Positions 25,956-38,194 of a stretch of 64,000 bases of DNA are shown here, piece by piece. Within the stretch, counting starts at the first letter, position 1. Each line of letters opens with the position of its first letter. The stretch spans positions 8,928,001-8,992,000 of the forward strand of contig OZ024751.1 in assembly GCA_964016885.1 (NCBI GenBank), in the 5' to 3' direction. Source of the DNA: Eledone cirrhosa (lineage: Eukaryota). Both the position numbers and the translations under genes were made by a program. Below the pieces are notes generated by a model. The model did not search any database and was not told the origin of the DNA. It saw nothing but the letters and a program-made list of their open reading frames with translations.

Positions 25956-26962
25956 ACACGAAACACGGAATCCCTCGTCGAGGGAGGGATTCTAGGTGCA
26001 AATATGGAAAGTCAGAGAGAATAAAAATGGCCACAGTGATTGATATAAAGCAGTCTTAAAAGACGTCTAAACCAAATTAGGCTAAACTTTGAAACATTTT
26101 TATATTGTTTAATTTGATTCACATAATATCATGACACAGCACAAAACTCCTTAGCTGGCTTTTATATCAACCACTGACACAATTTCTATCCTCCCTGACC
26201 TCCATACGTTTGCTTGAATTATCTACCTTTTACACGTAACTCCAGTTTTTTTTAACAACGAGGTTGGTCGTGTTTCGCTTCTTTTCACTAACCATAAGGC
26301 CACATATTTTCGCTTTGGCGTAGTATTCCTTCTTGCCTCCACCTTACTCCAGTTTAATAACTTGCGTCTTTATGTAACACAGTTTCCATGCTTTACTATT
26401 CAGCTACTCCGTCTGATATAACACTCTATTTTCCTTTTCCCTCCTGCTAAAGGCATGATTTATTTTAAAAATCACGCTCTCTCTGTTTTTCAACCCGTGC
26501 ATTGAATAATGTATTTCGCCTCATCTTTCGCCCTTTCTATTGTCTAATTTTCAAGATATGCTGTGATAATTTTCTAATTTGCTGTAGTTTATTCTCAAAC
26601 CCCGAATTTCCTGATATTTGATATTGTTTGTTTGCATTTTCTAATTATATATATGCGAAATAAATATCGTTTTTTTACAAAAACAATATGAAAAAATTAT
26701 AAAGATAGATGGAGAAGTTAAACACAGCTCAAAATAGAGTAATTTATTATAAAAGCAATACAAAAGGCTATGTATCATAATCCCTTTGAAGGAAATGTTC
26801 AAAAAGACATGTATACAAAATCCTATTGTGCTAAAAATAACAATTACAAGGGAAGCAAATTATTAAAAAAATAGACACCAAATACATTAATACATTAAAT
26901 GCTGATTCCCGAACGTTTCATCACCCTCCTGGGACTTTTAAAAAAGAGTTGTTTAATAAAGA

Positions 26963-27163
26963 TTTCTAGTATAGTCACAAGGCCAGTAATTTCGCGGACG
27001 GGGAAAGTCGATTAAATCGATTCCAGTACGTTACTGGTGCTTTATTTTATCGACCCGGTAAGGATGAAGGGCAAAGTTAACCTCGGCAGGGTTTGACTCA
27101 GACCAAAAAGGGGCGTAACTCTATGCTGAAAAGCATGTTGTCCGACCCTCTACCAATACTGCC
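26963..27163 (-). mobile_element. tRNA-derived SINE
   Basis: tttatcgaccc..aggatgaagggcaaagttaacctcggcagggtttgactcag..ccgaccctctaccaatactgcc. Confidence 0.8.
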
Positions 27164-27467
27164 AAGCTAACAGTTACTTGATAATAAATACTCATTATAA
27201 TCTCACCAAAGTAATCAACAACCAGCAGTTAGAGAGAATATTTATATATATTTTTTAATTGGAAATGACGCCATTATGTATAGAAAAATGATGTTGTTCA
27301 ACTACAGAGAAGACAACGTCAAACTAAATTAATATAGAAACAAACTTTAAAAAAATTAAATACAGCATGAAAAAGTTAAACTTGATAGGAATTGATAAAA
27401 AAAATATTATAAGGATAAAAAGGAAACATTAAAAACATAAACGTATACAAAAATAAACACACACACG

Positions 27468-27554
<87 letters not shown>

Positions 27555-27603
27555 AGTATGTATGTATACGTACATACATATATGTATACAGACGTACAGT
27601 AGC

Positions 27604-27641
<38 letters not shown>

Positions 27642-27801
27642 GCACACATATATATATGCACGTATCAGTTTACCGAACATTTATTATAATGTTCGCTTTG
27701 TTCGTTTGTATACATATATGTATGTACGTATACATACATACTTACATTTAAGTAAGTGCCGTACTAAGAGTGAGAAATGATATTTCGTTTCATTCTATTC
27801 C

Positions 27802-27856
<55 letters not shown>

Positions 27857-28169
27857 CAAATAAAGATTCAGCGAGAATCGCATTTCGGCGGGCAGGAAAA
27901 GCGATGCGAAACGCAAAAATCAGAAATGATACTGGCAAAGTGCTCAATAGTTGAAAACCAGAGCTAAACAATGTGTTAAGAAGCCATACAAAATTGAAAA
28001 GAGGTCAAGAAGACATTAACCACCCAAGCCAAAAACCAAATCAATCTAAACAGGTCAAAACAAAATAAATGTTAAAAAATAAATGATAATTAGACCTGGA
28101 CTCCCGGAATTGCTGTTAAATATATATATATCTAGGGTGGGTAAAATTCCCGAGATCTATGGACGAGTT

Positions 28170-28428
28170 CTCTCCAGCGGTCTCTGTCCCTCATTATCGC
28201 TGCCATGTCCTGCGTCTCCAACAGACCAGTGTCTATGTTTAGGGCATCAACATACCTTAACCTTGGTCTTCCTCTTCCAGTGTACCATGCAGGGGTCCCA
28301 CAGGAGCCCTGAGTACAGTGTCAACTCTGGATGTCGGTGAGCATGTCCAGCTGACCTTAGTCTCCTCTGTGTCATTTTGAGCTGACTTTCGGGAGGCTCC
28401 CATACAGCTCTGAGTTTTTCATCCTCAA
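28170..28428 (-). mobile_element. 3' fragment of an RTE-type LINE; related copy at 51885-52120 (+)
   Basis: Encodes ..[29 protein letters not shown]-terminal segment; aligns with 51885-52120. Confidence 0.7.
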
Positions 28429-29282
28429 TTCATTTCAATGTTCTGCTAAACGTGTATAGATTGAATTGTAACATCCGTATCTCGAAATAGTGTATGTTAT
28501 GGTATATACACATCCGTATCGTCCAGAACATTAGGGAACATTGAACTGAACTTACTTGCGTGTGTATAGAGTTGCGGTTGACCCAATATTTCTAATTTAC
28601 ATCGTCAAATTGAGATTTGACCAATATAACATTTGTTGTTTTGTAAACGAACTTTCGGTGAATACTATGTTGGTATATTTATATATATTTTTTCTTTGAC
28701 ATCACTTCGGTGTGTTTGAGAGTGTGCGTGTACTCACTCACAATAATTGTGACCGTCTATAGTTCTATAGATCTGATGCTGTGTTGGTATGTGTATATAT
28801 TTTTTCTTTGACCTCGAGCCGGTGTGTGTGTGTGTTGAGTGTGTGTGTACCCTTAATTTTAATTTTGGATATATACAATGTTGAGCTAATTCAGTTGAAT
28901 AAACTCGGCTGCTATTTCTGTCTGTCGATGGCCCTATTCACGCCACTGGGATGACGTTGTGCAATGTGTGTATTTTTTTTAATGCAACACGTGGTTCGAG
29001 TCATTCACAGATTTACATTTGCTTTGTAATCGTAGATAGTTATCTTCTTATCCGTTGGTGACCATCCAGGATTTGATACTGTGATTTACGGTTTAATTGG
29101 TGAAATTTATTTCTTACTTAAAGAAATATATACAAAGTAGATTAATCATTTTAAACGGTATCTATATTTGAAGTACGAGTTGAACTTCAATTAGTTACCT
29201 ACCTAGCTATGTGTGCTTACATTCTTTACAATTTATTCCCTGTAAGTGTTTCATATGTTTATATATATGTCAATTTATTTCT

Positions 29283-29346
<64 letters not shown>

Positions 29347-29814
29347 CTTATTTGTATTTATTTATTTTTTTATTTATTTATTGTTTTCTTTTTGTTCTGA
29401 TAGCTTCTCATATTTTCGAAAGTTTATCCTTTCAATATTTTGAGTTAAATATACGTAAGATAAATTTCTATACTAAATCTATTAAACATACTATTATTTT
29501 AACTTAAAATATTCTATAATATTTTAAAATTGTATTGCTTTTAAAGTTATATTGCTATAATTATATTTTCAAATTGTAATATAATCCTTTTGTATTTTAT
29601 GTACTCAATTATACTATGTACTGTATTGATGTATACTTCTCTCTATATGTGAGTATATATGTATATGTGTATATTGACATACATGTACATATGTTCTATG
29701 CGTTTTATGAATATACGTATGTATGTATATTTATGCGTGATGCGTATCTACCTATTGGCTGAGGGTACACACCTATTGGCTGAGGGTACACACACATGTA
29801 TATATATGTATATG

Positions 29815-31560
29815 TCATAATAATAGCAACAGTAATCCCGACGTCATTGTTAACTCTAGGCTAGATTCTGTAAATTTAAATACGACGTCAAACGTAACTT
29901 CTTGAATGTTCATAATACCAATCTAAATCAGGAAACTATAGTTCCTATCGTAAATAACTTCTCCAATCCAATTCCTTCTATAAATAATACTAGGTCACTT
30001 GATGATAACTCTGTTAATTTCTCTAATCGTAATTGTAATTGCCCTGTTAGAACTAAATGTCATCTTAATAACCAATGTCTTGATAAAAACTTAGTGTATG
30101 AATGTAAGGTTATAACTGATAATACTTATTTTACCTATTTCGGTTCCACTTCCACTTCCTTTAAAGCAAGATTTTATAATCACAAATCGTCTTTTAAATA
30201 CTAACTTAAAAGAACTAACACGGCACTCTCGGAACTCATATGGTCCTTACAAGACAAAAATATTAACTATAACATCTCTTGGAGGAAGGTTTGCACCGCC
30301 TTTCCTTACCTGAGATCTTCACTATCCAGAACATATAATCTCTGATAAGCCGAGAAATTTACCATTATATCTAATTTCAATTTTATAATAAATAGACGCA
30401 CGGATTTATTTTCGCTCTGCTTGCATAAATCCCATAGAACATTCCATAAAGTATTCAGCTAATATCTCAATACCTAATTAGTTTAAAATCTTCTTTTCTC
30501 AAAGGTATCTTTTACAAATATACCCATCTTTCTACCTTATTTCAGTATTATATATTATATAATACAATTTACTCATTCTATGTCGTTATGATCCCCTATC
30601 TTTCTTCTTTTTATCATTTTTCCTTTTTTCCTTTTTTTTTTTAATTTCTAATCTCTAATCTGTAACTTTTACTTCCCAACTACTTCTCAATTCATATTAT
30701 TACTCACTGTAGCATTATCCATTTTTCCATTTTTTCTCATATTATTGGCCATTAAAACAATATTTTTCTTAATATATTATAATATTACCATTAGAAAATT
30801 TTCGTAAACATATATACTTTTTGACGTTAGATATTTTTTCTTCGTTAAACTTTATTTTTTCTTCTCTCCTTCCGTGCTCGTTTTAAACCTACTATTTACG
30901 TTTACATATTACAATACATAAAAACAATCTTAAAACCTAACTAATTCCTCTAAGTTCATAATTCATTTATTCTTCTCCTTCTTACACATTATAGCCTTAA
31001 TATCATTAATATTTTTATTTTAATAATACATATTAATAACTTCTTTTTTTCGCACATATTATTAAACACTTCAATATACAAACCTTAATTTAATACTATT
31101 CTTAATTCATTTTTCTTCATGCATAAATCTCATTAACTTTTAATTTCAAAATCTTTTAAATTATCTATTATCTTCCAACGGTTTTTAATTTCTGTCCGTG
31201 AGACAATGTTTTCTCAGTTGTAAAGGCTATTTCTCTCTCTCTCTCTATCACTCCTTTCTCCTCCTCTCTCATCATTCCTTCTTATACTCCTCCCCCACCA
31301 TCCTTTATTTTTTCTTTCTTCCTCGTCCTTACCTTTTCCTAACCCCCTTCCTCCCCTCATTTTTCCCAATCTCATATATCCATCTTAGTTTATTTTTCAT
31401 ATGTTGATTTAAAACTTCACTGCTCACAAGTGTTTTTTAAGCTTCATATCATGTATCCCTATTTTATCTTATGAGAACGCAGATATCATCCCATGATGAT
31501 ATTTGTTTTTGAAATGCGCATAATAAAATACTTGGAACTCTTTTAACCATCTTTTGATCT
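29815..31560 (+). mobile_element. 5'-truncated Naiad-type PLE: GIY-YIG endonuclease, 3' UTR and HHR pLTR
   Basis: CNCPVRTKCHLNNQCLDKNLVY..YFGSTSTSFKARFYNHKSSF..ALSELIWSL..INRRTDLFSLCLH (to about 30461, with internal stops); T-rich UTR; HHR at 31460-31530. Confidence 0.85.
31460..31530 (+). ncRNA. Type I hammerhead ribozyme with G5>U core substitution, likely inactive
   Basis: tattttat-CTTATGA-hairpin-GAAA-tgcgca-TA-ataaaata. Confidence 0.65.
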
Positions 31561-31584
31561 TATATTATATATATATATATATGT

Positions 31585-32390
31585 GCAGCAATTCCGTCGG
31601 AAAGGTACAGGAAAAAAGGGTGCTCCCTGTAGGCTACAGAGTTTATTACATATGTAATAAACAGCATAAGATAATTATTTCATTTACGAGTGGTTTCTTG
31701 AAAGCAGATATTGTATCTGTTTTCACTCGTTAGAATGAATAAAAAACATGGTGCTTTTATTAAATAAGGATTTGAAAACAAAATTTAAGAAATATGAACG
31801 TGAGGCTGAGAAAAAAACCGGCGAAAAAGAAGAGGGGGAAAAGAGGGGAAAATATAAAAATATATAAACAATAAATATCCAGAACGTAAACATACACACG
31901 CTAAAACACGCACATATACTTAAAAAGTACGAGGAAGTATACTTTATCACATAAGCGTCTACAGACAGTGACATAAATACATTCACATACATATACATGA
32001 AGTAATAAATAAATAAATGAATAAGAACAGAAAATATACAAAGTCAAAAATAAAATAATGACAAAAGGGAGACGTGTTGACAACGAGAAGTATGGGTGTG
32101 TGGAGGGAAGGGGGAATTACAAATAACTTAAAAATAAACAAATACATGAGATGTGCATATACATAAATATATGTATATATATATAAATAAATAAATAAAT
32201 AAAAGTTCAAGTTCAAGTTTATGCTGATCCGTTAAGATCTCCTTCCTGGATATGTCAATATTTATAAAACAAACTTTGTGTTTTATCTGATGAGGGCGTA
32301 CCAAAGATTTGTTACCCTTTAAATATATATATAATAGAATAAATATGGTTTAATAAATATAGTTTTCATTTATTAATATCATTGATATTA
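31585..32390. mobile_element. PLE 3' UTR remnant on the minus strand plus an opposed pLTR (32221-32390) with a degenerate HHR
   Basis: Minus strand CTAACGA..GAAA-taatta-TC near 31665-31738; plus strand ttttat-CTGATGA-ggg..taccc homologous to 36001-36160. Confidence 0.45.
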
Positions 32391-32496
32391 TACTCTAGAA
32401 AAGATGTCGAGTGATTTGAATTAGTTATAAACTCATATATTTGTTGAATAACCAACAAATTAAATATCCCTTTTGCTTATATATATGTATATATAT

Positions 32497-33090
32497 AATT
32501 AATTTAATTAGACAATTCTGTTGATTGATTAATTATTTGTGTTTGTTTCATAACATCCAGTTGAGAGCTTATCATGATGATTAGCGGAAATTAAAATATT
32601 TCCTTTGTCTAACATTTCGAATGACCCGCCAAAAACCGGGGTTTATTTCCCTTGCTGGAATTAACACGTGACAGCTATATATACGATACGCCGCATTTAG
32701 CAGCAACATTTAGCTTATCACCTCGGTTCTGGGTAGAACCAAAAGCCTGTTGAAAAACTGAATCCTCCGTTCGATCATGAATACAACGAGCTTGCCAGTC
32801 ACGTAAGTCTGATATTTGATTTCGGATTCAAAGAAACACTTTAAACGATTAATCCTTTGATTTGTGCAGGTGTATTTTTCTCAACCTGTTAGTTCTATTA
32901 GTTCTATCGTTACTTTGGTATAGTATTGTGTGTTAGATTTGCCTACCACAATGTTCGATTTGTCAAGCTATTTAAACGTATGTTATTACTCTAAGGCCCT
33001 AATTTATCGAGTGCTTTGCTTACTCATTTCATATAAGTAGGCCGAATTTACTTACAAACCGCCAGAGATTCGATTTTACTAAATTTCCAA
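32497..33090 (+). repeat. ~600-bp interspersed repeat of unknown class, homologous to 55775-56790
   Basis: Shared attaatttaattagacaatt, ccgccaaaa(a)ccgggg, atcgagtgctt, ccagag..tcgat; TA-flanked. Confidence 0.6.
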
Positions 33091-33149
33091 TTATATATAT
33101 ATATAAATATAATGTATGATTAGTGTATACCTGTATGAGTACGATCTCA

Positions 33150-33890
33150 ATTGACAGACATGCTGTTGAAATTTAGGAATCTGATCTGAGGACTTTTATG
33201 TGATTTTCTGTGTTGCTTCTTGATCCACGTGCTGCGCGCGAGGGGTCAATAAGAATTTACTGCTACATGTAATCAAGCAATATTTGGACGCGGATACGAT
33301 TGGAATGCGGAGTGGGTTACATATAATCATAGGAGGATTTAGAGTTATAACTTGGACATGTAACACATCCCGATCTGGCGTTTCGAGCGCATGAGGATTT
33401 GGATGTGTAAAATCAGCTTGTAACACATAGTACCATATGGTTGGTATGTATTGGTGAACATATGAATACGTTTGGATTACCATCTACGGACAATTTTCAT
33501 ATGTTATGACATCTCGCCGACCGGATTACCATATACGGTTGATCCACATGTGTTATTATTTCTCACCAAATATGCCTTAAACAGTGACTAAACCATGTTT
33601 GTTGTGTTTTGATTGCTTGAGCTTGTTTTGATTGCCTCAGCTTGTTTATGCATTGACACCGCTTCGTCTGTATTTGGCTCATATCGGTGTGGTGCCTGTC
33701 CATGCGTAAGTTTAACACCTCTTGTCCACACAATTCCAGAACCTACTGGTATACCCTGTTTGCACATACTATGGGAGGATAACAACCCCTTTAGACCTTC
33801 TGAAGATACGTTATGGATCTCATACTATTTCTATAACTCTAAGGCAGGGGAAACTAAATCACCTGTCTTCTATAGTAACTAATGCATACC
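33150..33890 (-). pseudogene. Highly decayed Neptune-like PLE thumb/zinc-knuckle region
   Basis: LSSHSMCKQGIPVG resembles the SxHP..KxGIPYG thumb motif; CARNARSGCVTCP and ITCSSK resemble the C..C.TC and TCxS motifs preceding GIY. Confidence 0.35.
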
Positions 33891-33967
33891 CTCCTTTGCT
33901 GATTCTTCACATGCCTCAATTTATTTTTCCTTTCTCCATCTCTTTAATAATTATTATTATATATTTG

Positions 33968-34154
33968 TTGGTGGATTGGCAGTATCGGAAGAGGGTCAGA
34001 CGCCATGCTTTGACGCATAGAGTTACGGTCCTTGCCATTCTGAGTTCAAATCCTGCCGAGGTTAACTTTGCCTTTCATCCCTACGGGGGTCGATAAAATA
34101 AAGTACCAGTAATACACTGGATAATTGCTGGCCTTGTGCCAAAAAGTAGAAACA
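33968..34154 (+). mobile_element. tRNA-derived SINE
   Basis: A-box-like tggcagtatcgg, B-box gagttcaaatcc, core and tail tgctggccttgtgccaaaaagtagaaac. Confidence 0.85.
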
Positions 34155-34624
34155 CTTATTATATATTTCTTTAATTTTTTAATTTCTAATTTTTAATTTT
34201 TAGTTTTTAATCTTTTTAATTATTTTTAATTATCTTTACTTATATTTTTTTATATTTTTATTTTTTTATTTCTTTCAAATTTTTAAAACTTTTTTTAAAA
34301 AGTTGTTTAATTATTTTTAATTACTTTTAATTATTTTTAATTATAACTTTTTTTTATTTTTTTTTATTATTTCTCTTAAAACTAGTTTTTAATCTTTAAG
34401 TGCTTTTGATTGCTTTTGTGTACCTTCACATGCCTCAGTCTCTTGTGGGAAAATCTGCCTGTATTATTGTATTATCATGTTTTGTTATAATGGTGACTAA
34501 TAAACCCAGTACGCATTCTCTCCCTCCTTCTTATATCCAATCTCCCTCATGCTATCCTGTACTACTTCTGTACTGTTCTGGTGACTAAGCTTGGTATAGC
34601 TTATATTCAGCAATATATTTTTAT

Positions 34625-34682
34625 TTATTACGCTCTGAGGATTCCTGCCCAACGGTATGGATGAAACATTGTTAGCGAATAA
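34625..34682 (+). ncRNA. Type I hammerhead ribozyme at a PLE-like 3' end (~34155-34735)
   Basis: ttattacgct-CTGAGGA-ttcc..ggat-GAAA-cattg-TT-agcgaataa. Confidence 0.7.
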
Positions 34683-34741
34683 AAATTGTATAAGTATGTA
34701 GGCGTTCTTTGATTTATTTTATCTATATCTATATATATATA

Positions 34742-34836
34742 TCGTTTCTGAATTTGTTTAGCAAGATTCTTTATCTGAAAACGTGTGTTGAAACCGATAT
34801 TGTTATAATTTGGGAGGGTCATGTTGCCAATAAGAA
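34742..34836 (-). mobile_element. 3' tail fragment of family A element
   Basis: Reverse complement matches about 4050-4142. Confidence 0.8.
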
Positions 34837-35242
34837 TATATACATATATATATATATATATATAAGAATGTAAAGATCAAAAAATCAAATACAAAATAAA
34901 GTAATAAACGATAGGTGTGAGTGTGCGGCGGTGGATAAATAAAAACAAGTTAAATATGAACAAATACACAAGATATGAATATACATATATATTTATACAC
35001 ATATACACATATACAACCATATATACCTATACAGACATGCAAACACACACGTATATATGTGTATATATATATTAAAAAAAACAATATACGTACACATACA
35101 CATACATATATATATATACACACATATATATATATACACATACAAATACACACGCATACACACACACGTATATACATATATATATATATACACACATACT
35201 TACACACATACATACACACACATCCACTTGCATACACATACA

Positions 35243-35960
35243 AAACCTACAATTATTCTCGATTTCTATAATAAGGTTGTAGTTGTTGAAAAATTGTATT
35301 ATGGATTTCCTTTTCCTATTAATTTCACTATTGCTATGGTTTTCAATTGAAAGTGACATATAGTCGCGATATAAACCTCCGATCATCCCTGGCATTTACC
35401 TATGCAGTACCTTATTAATAAATAATGCAATGAGTTCCGTTACTTGCGCCGAGTCAGATGATCCCATAGTGATATCAAAATTGTTTTTTTCTGTTGGCTG
35501 TTGTCCAGAGATGATTATTAAATTCTATTAGGGTTTTATGTGCTGTTAGAATTATATTCATTTCTTCACTCGATTGATGTATGTTTAGAAGCGTAGATAA
35601 GTCTCTTATTAAGTAAGTTATGGATAATAGAGGAGTAGTAATTTGCAATATCCATTTGAATGAATTCTTTCTTATGATTTAATTTTATGTTATTAAACCA
35701 ATCTATAACTTTATTAGTACCGTTCCATAGTTTAAGGTGTGATTTTTCATTAAGTAGTGGTATAATTTTATCTAATATATGCTTGCTAAGTCAGATTTAG
35801 ATGGTGCGATGAGTCTGACTGGTAGTTCAATTTCAAAATTTCTTTTGTGGTCCTTCAGGTTAATCTTCCCTTCTCTAGGTATAAATGCTTCAGTCCTATT
35901 TTGAATGCCTAATTCATATTCTTTCTTATTTTCTTCTTTGCACTTATACATACATATTGA
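35243..35960 (-). mobile_element. Naiad-type PLE reverse transcriptase fragment
   Basis: LKDHKRNF..RLIAPSKSDL..LWNGTNKVIDWF..FIQMDIANYYSSI..FDITMGSSDSAQVTEL..GLYRDY. Confidence 0.85.
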
Positions 35961-36057
35961 AATTGACTTTTCTTCTCTTTTGCTTCACTATCCAGGAAAA
36001 ACTTCAACCGTTAAGGCATTTTTTCTTGGTTAAGTCAAAATTTATAAAACAATCTTT

Positions 36058-36120
36058 GTATTTTATCTGATGAGGACGTACCAAAGTTTTGGTACCCGTG
36101 AAATATATATAATAGAATAC
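36058..36120 (+). ncRNA. Type I hammerhead ribozyme in an inverted pLTR at the 5' side of the Naiad RT fragment
   Basis: gtattttat-CTGATGA-g..gtacc/ggtac..-GAAA-tatata-TA-atagaatac; 9-bp stem I. Confidence 0.75.
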
Positions 36121-36158
36121 ATATGGTTTTATAAATATAGTTTCCATTTAATTAAAAT

Positions 36159-36205
<47 letters not shown>

Positions 36206-36227
36206 GATATATATTCTTTTTTTCTAT

Positions 36228-37388
36228 AATTTCTATAACTTGTACATATAATATTCTTTGGAGAAATTGTCAGTATTCTTTTTACTCTGCAATTCCGAGA
36301 TCTCTACAAAGTATGTACATCTACTGATTCTAAATCTCTTTCGTTTACACTATTTCAACACTGATAAAAGTTCGACAGCAGCTAATGATTTGTCTTTTGC
36401 TGTTCAGATGGGGTTGATGAAATAATTGCGTATAATGCATTTGGGGGGATTCAAAAGACTACAATAATCCTCAGTACTAATTTGAAGCGTTACACCACCG
36501 TACAATAACCACTATCATTTTACAATGATAAGAAAATCAAAGCAACGATAGATTACTGAAATGTATTGTGGGATTTCATTGCATTCTCCCTTTTTTACTG
36601 TTCGAATTACCGGGTTTTAGAAAATAAAAGAAAACAGTCAGATGATGGACTCAGTAAAATCAATAATATCTAAACCCAATATAATGATAGGCGGCGAATT
36701 GGCAGAGTTTTTAAAACGTGGGATATAATGTATTATAGCTTTTGTTCCGGCTCTCTGTTCTGAGTTCAAATCCCGCCGAGGTCAACTTTGCCTTTTATCT
36801 TTTCGAGGCAATAAAATAAGTACCCCTCTAGTACTGAGGTCTATACTTCCCATCTCTGTAGGAAATCTGCTATTCTCAGGCCTGGAGAAGGATGGGCTCC
36901 ACCATGCTTAAAGTGCCCAAGAAAAGCCGTACAAGACTATCAGGAGTTACGGACCATACAATACAATACATATATAATGATTAACTTGCGCCCAAACTAG
37001 AAAATATGTTTCAATATATAGGGATGTTGATTTTATATTCCGTTCCAGGCTAGACGCGATAGCTGAGCCGTATCATTACGGATATTCTAGATGTGATCCA
37101 CCAGAAAATGTCAGAGTTAAATCTAAATAAGTGTATATCTTTTTAAGGTGAAGTAGGGATGAACTGATGGACCTCTGGCTGCGATGTTTATCAGATCAGC
37201 CATATGGCATCCCTTTCAACTTTTAAATATTGTGTATAGTATGTTGGGTGGTTGAATGTAATATATAACCATACAAAATATATAATTGCAATACTTAAGT
37301 ACATCTTTCTAGATACATTATAATTGATGTGAACCTTTATCACTCAGGAAACTGGTGAATTGATCTGTAGGACGTAAACGTTTAGCAA
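36228..37388 (+). repeat. Left arm of a long inverted duplication (partner 46817-47745), containing a SINE at 36689-36840
   Basis: Reverse complement aligns throughout with scattered substitutions; the partner lacks about 37088-37315. Confidence 0.9.
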
Positions 37389-38099
37389 ACTCAGCTAAAT
37401 TCTCTATTAAGTTATAATACATACGTGGGTCATGGATCATTATTATTTTACTAATAAGTTGTAATCTAGTTACTGCCTTGACTATTTAAAGTGTGGTGAA
37501 GATGTAGTCTGTATGGCAGTGCAACATAATTAGTAAAAAACGCCAACAGGGGTGATTGCCGTCAATCTCATAGATTTTCCTACTTTAACAGGTAATTAAA
37601 ACCAGTCCCAAATTTAATGTGGATGGCTTTTCAAATATTACGTATTTTTATGTTGATGATATTTTCCTTATAACCAATTTGGTTTCCTATAGTGGAGTAC
37701 ACACACTATCCTATTTGTTTTGTATTGTTTGTTTCTTGCGTTGTAAATATCTTCTCTCCGTCTATGTTGCTACAGAGTATTATGCTGTAGAGCTTCAGTG
37801 AGTTGTGTTCAAAGGACTGTTTCTAAAGAACACACGTTCAAAGATATTTGTATTTATTGGAATTAGCTTGGCATAATTTATTCTTCATCCATGGTCAAGT
37901 TCTATTATAATTACTTGTGTAAGCATCTAAGGTAACCTGGCCGAAAATAACCACATTTAAAATGATAGGAAATGGTTTGAAAAACATCATACTATAATTT
38001 CTTTCTATTTCTTATCAACCCTAAGAATGTCTGTACTGCAATATGCATACATATAGTCATATAGCTACACACCCACAGTCACGCACACACACATACACA

Positions 38100-38174
<75 letters not shown>

Positions 38175-38194
38175 GCACACACGCGCGCACATAC

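Noticed and set aside
29748-29793. Short tandem duplications (also 8208-8268 and 28665-28850) as CRISPR-like repeats
   Set aside because: Only two units each, no repeat-spacer array; eukaryotic context
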